Positions 41,520 through 50,367 of a stretch of DNA of 64,000 nucleotides are shown piece by piece. How positions within the stretch are numbered: position 1 is the stretch's first letter; each line of letters begins with the position of its first letter. The translations under genes and the position numbers were made by a program. This stretch comes from Desulfomonilia bacterium (GTDB lineage: Bacteria > Desulfobacterota > Desulfomonilia > UBA1062). The stretch spans positions 1,078,563 through 1,142,562 of the forward strand of contig CAXXDQ010000003.1 in NCBI GenBank assembly GCA_963664325.2. Reading direction: 5' to 3'. The notes beneath the pieces are model-generated. The model searched no databases. It was not told where the DNA came from and was given only the letters and a program-made list of their open reading frames with translations.

Positions 41520-42749
41520 TTGACAAAAAGGGGTGTTTATGAGATATGCCGCTTAGTTATGCCAAATAAATATATATTGATCCCTGAGAAGAAAAAAAAT
41601 CACAAAAGATATCTCCCGTATCTCCTTTTATCGGTTGTCGTTTTATTTATTTTTACGATCGTATTTGCCGGCAAGAAAGGAGAGCCGGACGTCAAAGCAG
41701 AAGAACAGAAATTCCTTGGGAAGGATGTTCTTAAACACATATCAGAGAAAGATATTAAAAGGTATGATCTTACAATTGACTGGGACCTGCAGAACTTTAT
41801 TTCAGAGACTGCAGGGAAATATAAAATCGGTTTCGGCGCTGTTATTGTTATGGATGCAACCAACGGCGATATCATATCAATGTGGGGTAAGGACAGGTCC
41901 GGTGAAGACTGCAGCTTGCCTTTGAATTCGTATCTTGCTGCGAGCATATTCAAGATTGTAACCGCATCAGCAGCGATTGAAAGAGGCATGACCCCGCTTT
42001 CTCCTGTTTCTTATAACGGAAACCCATGGACTATTTATAAAGGCCAGTTAAAGGACAGGACCGATAAATGGACCCAGCACATTACCTTTGCACATGCATT
42101 TGCACAATCGAACAACGTGGTATTTGCCAAGCTCGGCATGTCACTCGGTGAAGAGCCCTTATTCCTTAACGCTATGAGATACGGGTTCTGGAAGCCTCCC
42201 ATGAGGGAATGCTGGTCTGCGCCCAGTACTGTTATGATTCCCGAAAACGAATATGATCTCGGTGAGCTTGCGTGTGGTCTTAATCACACAACGCAGATGT
42301 CACCGGTTCATGCGGCGCAAATAGTTACACCTGCCCTTAATAAGGGCATCATGGTCTCACCTAGAATTATCAGGTCAATGCCGGTTGAAAAGACAACGGT
42401 AATAAATGAAAAGATTGCTGATGATCTTTACATGATGATGGGTGATACAATCAGGTCAGGAACGTTTTCCCGAAGGTTCAGGATGTGCAGTACCGATAGG
42501 GTGCTGAAAGAGGTAACGATAGGTGCCAAAAGCGGCAGTATAAACAGTAAGAATCCCGAGGGCAGGCTTACATGGTTTGTGGGGTATGCCGATCATCCGA
42601 CAAAAGGTAAAATTACAATAGTCAGTCTTCTTTTAAGAGACCCTTATTACTGGATCAAAGCTGACGAGTTTGCCAGAATGATAATCAAACAGTATTATGA
42701 CCATCCGCCTCAAATTGCATCAGCGCCGGTAGTCCGTTCATTGAATTAG
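41520..42749 (+). CDS. Penicillin-binding-protein transpeptidase-domain protein (membrane anchored)
   Basis: 409 aa with one N-terminal TM segment. SxxK (ASIFK), SxN (SNN) and KSG (KTG-like) motifs occur in the right order. Start uncertain (TTG at 41520 or ATG at 41559). Confidence 0.7.
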   Translation: MTKRGVYEICRLVMPNKYILIPEKKKNHKRYLPYLLLSVVVLFIFTIVFAGKKGEPDVKAEEQKFLGKDVLKHISEKDIKRYDLTIDWDLQNFISETAGKYKIGFGAVIVMDATNGDIISMWGKDRSGEDCSLPLNSYLAASIFKIVTASAAIERGMTPLSPVSYNGNPWTIYKGQLKDRTDKWTQHITFAHAFAQSNNVVFAKLGMSLGEEPLFLNAMRYGFWKPPMRECWSAPSTVMIPENEYDLGELACGLNHTTQMSPVHAAQIVTPALNKGIMVSPRIIRSMPVEKTTVINEKIADDLYMMMGDTIRSGTFSRRFRMCSTDRVLKEVTIGAKSGSINSKNPEGRLTWFVGYADHPTKGKITIVSLLLRDPYYWIKADEFARMIIKQYYDHPPQIASAPVVRSLN

Positions 42750-42826
42750 CAAAGGTTTGTTTCCAGGATAATTCGCCTTGCAATGCTTGACACCCTGTTC
42801 TTCACATGTTAGCAGTTTTTTTGGTT

Positions 42827-42903
42827 CGGGACGTAGCGCAGCCCGGTAGCGCACCTGAATGGGGTTCAGGGGGTCGAAGGTTCAAATCCTTTCGTCCCGA
42901 CCA
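42827..42903 (+). tRNA. tRNA-Pro (anticodon GGG), CCA encoded
   Basis: Folded by hand: acceptor CGGGACG/CGTCCCG, D arm GCGC/GCGC, anticodon stem CCTGA/TCAGG with loop AT-GGG-GT, T arm GAAGG-TTCAAAT-CCTTT, discriminator A, then CCA. Confidence 0.9.
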
Positions 42904-42930
42904 ATCTAAATATACTCAAGAAAGAACATG

Positions 42931-42956
42931 CCGTAAGTTTAAATTTACGGTTTTTT
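42931..42956 (+). terminator. Terminator after tRNA-Pro
   Basis: CCGTAA-GTTTAAAT-TTACGG followed by TTTTTT. It overlaps the last codons of the convergent helicase gene. Confidence 0.5.
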
Positions 42957-44555
42957 CTTTTTACGTTTATCCCCGGTTGTCCGCTGTTCGGGTTTTGCTA
43001 TGCTTATTATCGGTTTTCCTCTTTTCTGTTTGAATCTGTTCTGAATAATACCCGCTTCATTATGGGGCACGTTGATAAAAGAAAAGTTGTCAAACATTTG
43101 GACATCCTGGAAGATATTATCCTTTATGCCGGTTTTATCAGAGAGCATTCTTATAAGTTTTTTAGGGTTAAACCCGTGTGTGCGGCCCTGCGCGACAAAG
43201 AGCCTGACATTTGTCTTTCCTTGTGGTGCAGACTTTAATTCCGTTACCTCTTTGTACCTGCCGGGGTCGAGGACATCCGAAAAGGCATACCTCAGACATG
43301 ATGCAAGGACAAGGGCCGCATCATTGTCATTTATGAGCTCTTCCGCGAGTCTTATGTAATGTCTGGAATCTCCCTTGGAGGTAATTGATTGTTCGATAAC
43401 CTGCTTGATTCCTGATATCCTGGTTCCGATAACCTCATCTACAGTAGGGATACGTCCTTTCTTTATGCTTCCTCCGCCTGCGTGCCGTATGATCTCAAGC
43501 AGTCTGCGTTCCCTAGGTTCGACAAAAGTTATCGCAATGCCCTCTTTCCCGGCCCTGCCTGTGCGGCCTATTCTGTGGACGTATGAGTCTGCATCCTGAG
43601 GAATATGAAAGTTTATGACGTGGGTCAGGTCCCTTACATCGATACCGCGTGCAGCCACATCAGTGGCAACCAATATCGTAATCTCCCTGTTCCTGAAGCG
43701 GTGCATAATCTTTTCACGCATGTTCTGGTCTATATCCCCGTGTATACCCGCCGTTTTATAGCCGCGCTCTTCCAGACCATCTGCAAGTCCCGATGTTTCA
43801 ATTCTTGTACGGCAGAATACAAGACCGTAAAAGTCAGGATTCACATCGATAATACGGCAAAGAAGCTCAAGTTTGTCATCTTCCCTGACATCATAATAAA
43901 CCTGTCTGGTCAGTGCAGGAGTTTTTACGGTTTCGCCTATCGCAACGGACCTTGGGTGACGCATAAACTTTTTGGCAATGGATATTACCTGTCTTGGCAT
44001 TGTCGCTGAAAAAAGGAGTGTCCGTCTTTCAGCCGGGCATTGAGCTATGATGGACTCGATATCTTCAATGAAACCCATATCGAGCATTTCATCGGCTTCA
44101 TCAAGGATAAGATACTCAATGCTGTTTGATTTCAAAGATCCCCTTTTCAAATGGTCTAGGATTCGGCCCGGTGTTCCAACAACAATATCTGTTCCATCCT
44201 TCAGCCCCTTGAGCTGGGGTACGAATGACTGCCCGCCATAAACTGCAAGGACTTTGGCCTTTTTACCTCTGCACAAGGACTTCATTTCTCCCGCCACCTG
44301 TATGGCGAGTTCTCTAGTCGGAGTTATGATGAGAACCCTTGTATGGCCGTTAAATGCATCTATGGACTCAATTACGGGTATTCCGAAAGCAGCCGTCTTG
44401 CCTGTCCCTGTCTGAGCCTGAACAGTAAGATCACAATCCTCATTCAGAAGAATAGGTATAATTTCAGACTGTACAGGCGTCGGTTCAGAAAAACTCTTGC
44501 GCTCTAACGCAGACATCATCGTTTCCGACAGACCCATGTTTCTAAATTTTTCCAA
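42945..44555 (-). CDS. deaD: DEAD-box ATP-dependent RNA helicase (DeaD/CsdA-like with a C-terminal RNA-binding extension)
   Basis: 536 aa. Q motif/motif I AQTGTGKT, DEAD, SAT and HRIGRTGRAG, plus a basic C-terminal tail. Confidence 0.9.
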   Translation of the reverse strand: MEKFRNMGLSETMMSALERKSFSEPTPVQSEIIPILLNEDCDLTVQAQTGTGKTAAFGIPVIESIDAFNGHTRVLIITPTRELAIQVAGEMKSLCRGKKAKVLAVYGGQSFVPQLKGLKDGTDIVVGTPGRILDHLKRGSLKSNSIEYLILDEADEMLDMGFIEDIESIIAQCPAERRTLLFSATMPRQVISIAKKFMRHPRSVAIGETVKTPALTRQVYYDVREDDKLELLCRIIDVNPDFYGLVFCRTRIETSGLADGLEERGYKTAGIHGDIDQNMREKIMHRFRNREITILVATDVAARGIDVRDLTHVINFHIPQDADSYVHRIGRTGRAGKEGIAITFVEPRERRLLEIIRHAGGGSIKKGRIPTVDEVIGTRISGIKQVIEQSITSKGDSRHYIRLAEELINDNDAALVLASCLRYAFSDVLDPGRYKEVTELKSAPQGKTNVRLFVAQGRTHGFNPKKLIRMLSDKTGIKDNIFQDVQMFDNFSFINVPHNEAGIIQNRFKQKRGKPIISIAKPEQRTTGDKRKKKKP

Positions 44556-44792
44556 GTGACTATCCCTTTGTCTTATATTGTTTTATATATCTCGAAGGCA
44601 CGAAAAAGGCTTGTTTAATAATACCTTTCATGGTGTCGCCAAGAAATCCATGCGGCGCTTATATCCTATTTAATGAAAAATGCCATACAAATAATAAAGC
44701 ATATAAAATGAAGCTGTTTAATATAAAATAAAACTGTTATAAAATATTTCAGAGCTTTTGGAGCAGATCAGCCTTAATTCTAAGGAGCGAAA

Positions 44793-44969
44793 ATGAGGGA
44801 AATTGGCGCAATTGCCGGATACCTTGTGTTCTGGTTGTTCAGCAAGATGGTGCTTGGCATACAGAGCGGAGCCGTTACACTTTTTTTATCGCTTTTGTTT
44901 GCCTTTGCGGTATATGCGCTGATCGCTTATGCAGAGCATGAGGATAAAGACAAAACAAAGGATGAATAA
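44793..44969 (+). CDS. Unlisted 58-aa two-TM membrane peptide (below the ORF-track length cutoff)
   Basis: AAGGAG lies 5 nt upstream of the ATG. MREIGAIAGYLVFWLFSKMVLGIQSGAVTLFLSLLFAFAVYALIAYAEHEDKDKTKDE has two hydrophobic helices and an acidic/basic tail. Confidence 0.45.
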   Translation: MREIGAIAGYLVFWLFSKMVLGIQSGAVTLFLSLLFAFAVYALIAYAEHEDKDKTKDE

Positions 44970-45002
44970 AAGGTCCTTATTTAAATAGCAAGACCATATA
45001 TA

Positions 45003-47579
45003 ATGAATAAAAAGCTTTCTCTTTTATACAAACGGTATTCGATATGGCTGTCTGCGTTTATCGTCATAGTCCTGATTATACTCCTTGCTTATGCTGTATA
45101 CCGTTCACGGGAAAAATCGATAATTGATCTCTTCAGCTTCCAGCAGGAAATTGTCTCGAACCAGGCTGCGTCAATGATTGAAGGCGCAATTGACAGATGT
45201 GAAATAAAACTTGATTACCTGTCACGGGCATTGAACACATCTCAGAGAAACAATGAGAATATGGTTCAAGACTTTAAAAATTTTTACATGGAAACACAGG
45301 ACATTGTTGAAACAGTTGTAGATATAGATAGCAATGATATTGTCAGATATGCTTATCCTCCAGAACAATCGGGAGATCTTATAGGGAAAAAAATTGATGA
45401 CCCCGAAATAATGCATGCCCTGAAGAAGCTTGAAAACGGCAGGTATCAGGGGGGGGTCAATAATTTCTTTGCCTTAAAAGGGAATGTGGATCCCTGGCTG
45501 AATAAGACAATCTGTTTAGGCCTGCCAGTATACAGCCGGAATGACAAATATAGCGGCGCAGTCCTGGCCCTTGTAAGCCCTCAGCTTTTAATAAGGCATT
45601 CGGTGTTGAATAAATCTTCCTTTATTGGGGAATTCTGGCTTATCGATGATCAGGACAGGATTGCATACCATCCGAACAGCGCCTTGATCAAAAAGAACTT
45701 TCATGAGCTGATACCAGCCCGTAAAAAAGGTTTTAATGTTTCGGATGATGCCAAGAAATATTTTATTGATAATGTAATCATACCCAAGAATAAACCATCA
45801 ACCTGTATCATATCCTATGCCCCTATCAGAATCGGCACATCGACTTGGTTTATAGTAATGGTTGCACCTTATCACAAGGTTCAAAACCTTATTGCAAGCG
45901 CATCACGGAATATCATACTGGGGGCGTTCGGGCTGGTCATTGTCGTGATTGTGACCGCGATATCGATTGCCCAGTCCGATGTCAAAAGACTGCGTCTCAA
46001 AGAAGAACTGAAAAGACTCATGGAAAGGGAAGAGTGGCAGAGCAAGGTGTTGAGGGAAAAGATGACTATCGACGGAATCATTGAAGGTTCCCCGGTTCCC
46101 ACCTTCGTAATCGACAAGAATCACAAAGTAATCCTCTGGAACCGTGCCTGTACGGACCTTACAGGGTTCAGTTCAAAGGTTATGGTCGGCACCAGAAATT
46201 TCTATCAACCGTTTTATGATACCCCTCGTCCCCTCATTGCTGATTTTATCATTGACCAGAATATCGAAGATTTCAGCCTTTATTACGGTGAAATCAAGGT
46301 AAAGAAATCCGAGTTTATTGAAGGCGCATATGAGGCAGTTAAATATTTTAAAAATCTTAACGGCAGGGGGCGCCACCTGCATTTCATTGCCGCTCCTATC
46401 TATAATGAGAGGGGTGAGATAACTTCGGCGATAGAAACATTCCTTGATGTTACAAAAGAGGTTGAACTGACAAAGAGCCTGCAGGAATATGCCGAATCGC
46501 TGCAAAACGAACTCGGGGAAAATATAAGGCTGAATAAGGAGACCGAGTATCTCTACAATTATCTTGGAAACATCATAGACTCGCTTCCTGACAGGATTTT
46601 TGACTTAAGCAAGGATGGAATAATTAATTTTGTCAGTAAACAGACAATTAAAGGCAGAGATGTTGAAACGGAGCTTAAAGGCAAGCATTTTACCGAGTTT
46701 GTTGAACCGCATCACAGGGATTATGTGATTTCCAAGTGGGAAAACGCGCAAAAAGGGATATTTACGCCTTATGAACTTGATGTTGTGACCAGGAAAGGCG
46801 AGAAGAGGAATCTGCTTATAACTCCCAGCCCTGTCAAAGGCACTGACAGATATGTACTTGTGCAGCGGGATATAACAGAGTTCAAGGAGCTTGAAAAAAA
46901 ATACTATGAAAGCCAGATGCTTGCAGCAATAGGCCAGCTGTCAGCGGGTATTGCACATGAGGTCAGAAATCCTCTTTCTTCGATAAAAATGAGCCTGCAG
47001 ATCCTGGAAAAACGATTACAACCGGAAGGCAACGACCTTCAGAGATTTAAAATAGCACAGAGAGAGGTCGAACATCTTGAAAAGCTCGTGAGTGAAGTGC
47101 TGATCTATGCCAAACCGCTTGTTCCCAACAAGGAACTTTCCGACATGTATTCTATCATCGAGAATGCACTGGCAATGGTTGAAAAATCACTCAAAGATAA
47201 GGAAATTGAAGTAAATAGAGATTTCAAGACAGGCTTTGAAGCAGTGAATGTTGATGCATCCATGATAACACAGGCGCTTATCAATGTTTTTCAGAATGCC
47301 GTTGAGGCTATGGAAAACAGAGGCATAATGGTTGTCAGCCTCAAAGATGAAAACGGGTATGCGGTAATTGAGGTTAAGGACAACGGTTGCGGAATTGATG
47401 AGAAGGATATGCCGCACCTTTTCAATCCGTTTTTTACCATGAAAAATTATGGAACCGGGCTTGGCCTGTCGCAGGTTAAAAAGATAATTGACCAGCATGG
47501 CGGCGTAATAAAGATTTTAAGCAACAGGGGAGAAGGCACAAGATTTATAATACAGCTTCCCAAAAACGATGATATATAG
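45003..47579 (+). CDS. Membrane sensor histidine kinase (Cache-like extracytoplasmic domain, PAS domains, NtrB-type kinase core)
   Basis: 858 aa with TM segments near aa 15-35 and ~300-325. H-box GIAHEVRNPL. ATPase boxes NVFQNAVEA, DNGCGI, GTGLGLS. Confidence 0.88.
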   Translation: MNKKLSLLYKRYSIWLSAFIVIVLIILLAYAVYRSREKSIIDLFSFQQEIVSNQAASMIEGAIDRCEIKLDYLSRALNTSQRNNENMVQDFKNFYMETQDIVETVVDIDSNDIVRYAYPPEQSGDLIGKKIDDPEIMHALKKLENGRYQGGVNNFFALKGNVDPWLNKTICLGLPVYSRNDKYSGAVLALVSPQLLIRHSVLNKSSFIGEFWLIDDQDRIAYHPNSALIKKNFHELIPARKKGFNVSDDAKKYFIDNVIIPKNKPSTCIISYAPIRIGTSTWFIVMVAPYHKVQNLIASASRNIILGAFGLVIVVIVTAISIAQSDVKRLRLKEELKRLMEREEWQSKVLREKMTIDGIIEGSPVPTFVIDKNHKVILWNRACTDLTGFSSKVMVGTRNFYQPFYDTPRPLIADFIIDQNIEDFSLYYGEIKVKKSEFIEGAYEAVKYFKNLNGRGRHLHFIAAPIYNERGEITSAIETFLDVTKEVELTKSLQEYAESLQNELGENIRLNKETEYLYNYLGNIIDSLPDRIFDLSKDGIINFVSKQTIKGRDVETELKGKHFTEFVEPHHRDYVISKWENAQKGIFTPYELDVVTRKGEKRNLLITPSPVKGTDRYVLVQRDITEFKELEKKYYESQMLAAIGQLSAGIAHEVRNPLSSIKMSLQILEKRLQPEGNDLQRFKIAQREVEHLEKLVSEVLIYAKPLVPNKELSDMYSIIENALAMVEKSLKDKEIEVNRDFKTGFEAVNVDASMITQALINVFQNAVEAMENRGIMVVSLKDENGYAVIEVKDNGCGIDEKDMPHLFNPFFTMKNYGTGLGLSQVKKIIDQHGGVIKILSNRGEGTRFIIQLPKNDDI

Positions 47580-47618
47580 TGATATAATACATATATTCAA
47601 TAAGGGTATGATAAAAAT

Positions 47619-48995
47619 ATGTCGAAGATACTTGTAATAGATGATGACAGGTCAATCCGTGAAACGCTCGATATGTACCTCAGCGAAGAGGGGTATGACA
47701 TTATCACTGCTTCCACCGGGACCGACGGGCTTGCAAAATATGTGGAAGCCACTCCGGACGTTGTTATACTTGATATAAGACTCCCTGATGTTGACGGTTT
47801 CAGGATACTTGAAGACCTTAAAGAAGAGGACGAAAATCTCAAAATTATCATGATAACCGCATTTCATGACATGGAATCTACAATAAGGGCGATGAAGAAA
47901 GGTGCTTTTGATTATATCCACAAACCCATTGATGTAAACGAACTGGACATATCAATCAAGAAGGCGCTGCATGCCCTTGAAATGGAAAACAAGCTGAAGG
48001 GTTTTGTTGAATCCTCACGGGAATACAAGGTGGGAGACATTATAGGATTAGGCCCCCGCATGAGGGAGATATTCAAGACGATAGGAGTTGTTTCACAGAG
48101 CAAGACGCCGGTACTTATCGAAGGAGAGAGCGGTACGGGAAAAGAGCTCATTGCCAAGGTTATTCACAACAATACGAACCCCAATGAGCCTTTTATTGCC
48201 ATAAACTGTTCTGCAATTGTTGAAACACTTCTAGAGTCCGAACTGTTCGGTCATGAGAAGGGGTCATTTACCGGGGCCGTAAACAGGAAGCCGGGTAAAT
48301 TTGAGCTTGCAAGGAACGGTACGGTCTTTCTTGATGAGATCAGTGAGATGTCCTGGAACCTGCAGGCCAAACTTTTAAGGGTGCTTCAGGAAAGGGAATT
48401 CGAGAGGGTTGGCGGGAAAGATACCATAAGTGTCAATGCAAGGATTATAGCTGCAACAAACAAGGACCTGCGTATAATGATAAGGGACAAGCTGTTCAGG
48501 GATGATCTTTATTACAGACTTAATATCGTCAGCATCATGATACCTCCTTTGAGGGAACGGCTGGAAGACCTGGAACCCCTTGTCGCATATCTCCTGGCAA
48601 AGATAAGCAACGAGCTTCATAAACGCATTATAAAGGTATCCGATGAAATGATGGAAACATTCAGGAGATACAACTGGCCCGGAAATATCAGGGAGCTTGA
48701 AAACCTGCTGGTACGGGCAGCGGTTGTTGCCAAGGGACAGGTGCTCGTGAAATCGGATTTTCCGAACCTGGGTGATGAAGGGCATGCCGACAAGGCCACT
48801 GGCCAGATTGAAGAATGTGCACAGGATGTCTCGGGCAGATACCTGACCCTTGATGAAATAGAAGAGCGCCACATCAGAAAAGTCATAAATGAAACCAAGA
48901 AGAACAAAGGAGAAATATGCGATATGCTTGGAATATCCCGCCCGACGTTTGAGCGTAAGCTTGAAAAATACAATATAACATATGAGCGTGAATGA
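47619..48995 (+). CDS. Sigma-54-dependent response regulator (NtrC family: REC + AAA+ + Fis-type HTH)
   Basis: 458 aa. Receiver ILVIDDD...[11 protein letters not shown]. Walker [15 protein letters not shown] loop (GAFTGA variant). C-terminal [19 protein letters not shown]. Confidence 0.9.
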   Translation: MSKILVIDDDRSIRETLDMYLSEEGYDIITASTGTDGLAKYVEATPDVVILDIRLPDVDGFRILEDLKEEDENLKIIMITAFHDMESTIRAMKKGAFDYIHKPIDVNELDISIKKALHALEMENKLKGFVESSREYKVGDIIGLGPRMREIFKTIGVVSQSKTPVLIEGESGTGKELIAKVIHNNTNPNEPFIAINCSAIVETLLESELFGHEKGSFTGAVNRKPGKFELARNGTVFLDEISEMSWNLQAKLLRVLQEREFERVGGKDTISVNARIIAATNKDLRIMIRDKLFRDDLYYRLNIVSIMIPPLRERLEDLEPLVAYLLAKISNELHKRIIKVSDEMMETFRRYNWPGNIRELENLLVRAAVVAKGQVLVKSDFPNLGDEGHADKATGQIEECAQDVSGRYLTLDEIEERHIRKVINETKKNKGEICDMLGISRPTFERKLEKYNITYERE

Positions 48996-49097
48996 TATTG
49001 AATCTCTCAGGCCTGTTCCAATGAATATTAAACGTTTCATTTAATGCCCTGAACATTTTTTTAAAGGATCAAAAGGTATTTACATCCGCCTGAAAAT

Positions 49098-49113
49098 TGA
49101 CAATTCATTGTCA
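49098..49113 (+). promoter_or_regulatory. Palindromic upstream activator site candidate
   Basis: TGACAAT-TC-ATTGTCA has perfect 7-bp arms. It lies 61 nt upstream of the -24 element, with an A-rich tract between them. Confidence 0.4.
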
Positions 49114-49173
49114 CTGCTTAAAAACAAACAAAAAAACAATAAGTTAGAAATATATTCGTCAATAAATACAAAT

Positions 49174-49189
49174 TGGCACGGTTCTTCCT
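49174..49189 (+). promoter_or_regulatory. Sigma-54 (-24/-12) promoter candidate (imperfect -12)
   Basis: TGGCAC-GGTTC-TTCC has a perfect -24 element, but the -12 element reads TTCC instead of TTGC. It lies 44 nt upstream of the ATG at 49233 and directly downstream of the NtrC-like gene. Confidence 0.4.
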
Positions 49190-49232
49190 ATAGAAGATTG
49201 TGATTAAACAAAAAAATGGGAGGGCCAAGACA

Positions 49233-49508
49233 ATGAGAAAGACAATCCAGACCTTAATCGTAACATTCTTCGTGGTTCTTATCACAGCCTCTTTTGCTTT
49301 TGCTGCAAATGCAATAACCGGTGATGGAAACTTTCCCTATTTCAATCTCGGATGCCTTGTCATGGGTGGACTGACAATCGTATCACTCAAACACAGGTAC
49401 CCCAGAATGTACCTCAGTGAGGCGATCGGTTCATTTGCACTATACGCAGTTCTGGTTGCACTGTTCACGGCCCCGGTTATCGAGTCTGTTAAAAATATAG
49501 TAAGCTAG
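49233..49508 (+). CDS. Small membrane protein (91 aa; signal-like helix plus two TM helices)
   Basis: GGGAGG upstream of the ATG at 49233 (the track ORF starts at 49200). MRKTIQTLIVTFFVVLITASFAFA... Confidence 0.55.
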   Translation: MRKTIQTLIVTFFVVLITASFAFAANAITGDGNFPYFNLGCLVMGGLTIVSLKHRYPRMYLSEAIGSFALYAVLVALFTAPVIESVKNIVS

Positions 49509-49585
49509 AGGGAATCCCGACAAAAGCGACAGGGCGATATGCTCTGTCCTGTCAGGCAGCCAAGCGGGACAAGGAGGAAATAATT

Positions 49586-49843
49586 ATGAAAAACCTTACA
49601 AGAGAAAGAAAGGACAAAACGACACTGAACAGTATAGTTATGATAAGTGCGTGGGGTCTCATAATAGTTATTTCCTCATTCGCTTTCATGTATATCGGCC
49701 GCTGGATTGACGTAAGCTTTAATACCGAGCCGGCTTTTATGGTTGGCATGCTTTTCCTTGGGATATGCATGTGCATATTCAGACTTTACAAGGAAGGGGT
49801 CGAAAAATCCCGGAGAATGTACAGGCAGGACAGGACTGCCTAG
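49586..49843 (+). CDS. Small membrane protein, AtpZ/AtpI-like (tentative)
   Basis: 85 aa with AAGGAGG upstream. Two TM helices with ...YIGRWIDVSFNTEPAFMVGMLFLG..., resembling the GxWlD...t.P motif of ATP-synthase protein I-like proteins. No ATPase genes are nearby. Confidence 0.45.
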   Translation: MKNLTRERKDKTTLNSIVMISAWGLIIVISSFAFMYIGRWIDVSFNTEPAFMVGMLFLGICMCIFRLYKEGVEKSRRMYRQDRTA

Positions 49844-49960
49844 GAAAATACCGGATATGCGAATGAAAATAATCAAAGAAAGGCTTTATTGTAAACCACC
49901 CGGATCTTTCTTTGATCATATAAAGAGCAAAACGAGTTTTAACCTTTCCATCTCTTCCCA

Positions 49961-50025
49961 CTGTTCCGGGGGTAGCCGGTTTTAGCATTTGCTGAATGCG
50001 GCAATTTCCCGGAACAGTTTTTTTT
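49961..50025 (+). terminator. Extended-hairpin rho-independent terminator
   Basis: CTGTTCCGGG (49961-49970) pairs with CCCGGAACAG (50008-50017) and encloses inner helices GCCG/CGGC and GCATT/AATGC. It is followed by T8. Confidence 0.7.
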
Positions 50026-50050
50026 GATTTGCTTTCTTCTGTGCCTGTCA

Positions 50051-50080
50051 TTGACTAACCTGGTTATCAGGCGTTATAAT
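50051..50080 (+). promoter_or_regulatory. Near-consensus sigma-70 promoter
   Basis: TTGACT - 18 nt - TATAAT, lying 290 nt upstream of the heparinase-like gene and 43 nt upstream of a small ORF. Confidence 0.55.
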
Positions 50081-50122
50081 TTATATTATTGCAATATATT
50101 ATTATGTTTGAGGAGTTTTACG

Positions 50123-50338
50123 ATGCCGGTTACATGCAGAGCGATAGGATTAAACAATATTTCAAGGAAAGGAATCCTGAAGATAACCCCTGCTCTGGCT
50201 GAAACTACCAATTTATCTGAAACGCTTATGACATACCCGGAGGCCATCTGTTCAATCAAGGGACAGCCTTCAGCCGGGAAAACATTGCAACATAATTTCC
50301 GCTTGATACAAAAGACTTTTGTTGAAAATTATATATGA
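50123..50338 (+). CDS. Possible 71-aa small protein (or part of a long 5' leader)
   Basis: GAGGAG lies 6 nt upstream of the ATG at 50123 (an internal Met of track ORF 50024-50338). I recognise no family. Confidence 0.3.
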   Translation: MPVTCRAIGLNNISRKGILKITPALAETTNLSETLMTYPEAICSIKGQPSAGKTLQHNFRLIQKTFVENYI

Positions 50339-50367
50339 ATGAACGGCATGCATGAGGAGGCTTTCTT

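Noticed and set aside
42827-42903. tRNA-Pro as a possible integration site for a mobile element or genomic island.
   Set aside because: There is no integrase, recombinase or phage-like gene on either side. I found no direct repeat of the tRNA 3' end nearby. The flanking genes (PBP, DEAD-box helicase) look like core genes.
48375-49040. 221-aa minus-strand ORF overlapping the 3' half of the NtrC-like gene.
   Set aside because: It is antisense to a CDS with complete AAA+ and HTH motifs, so it is a shadow ORF.
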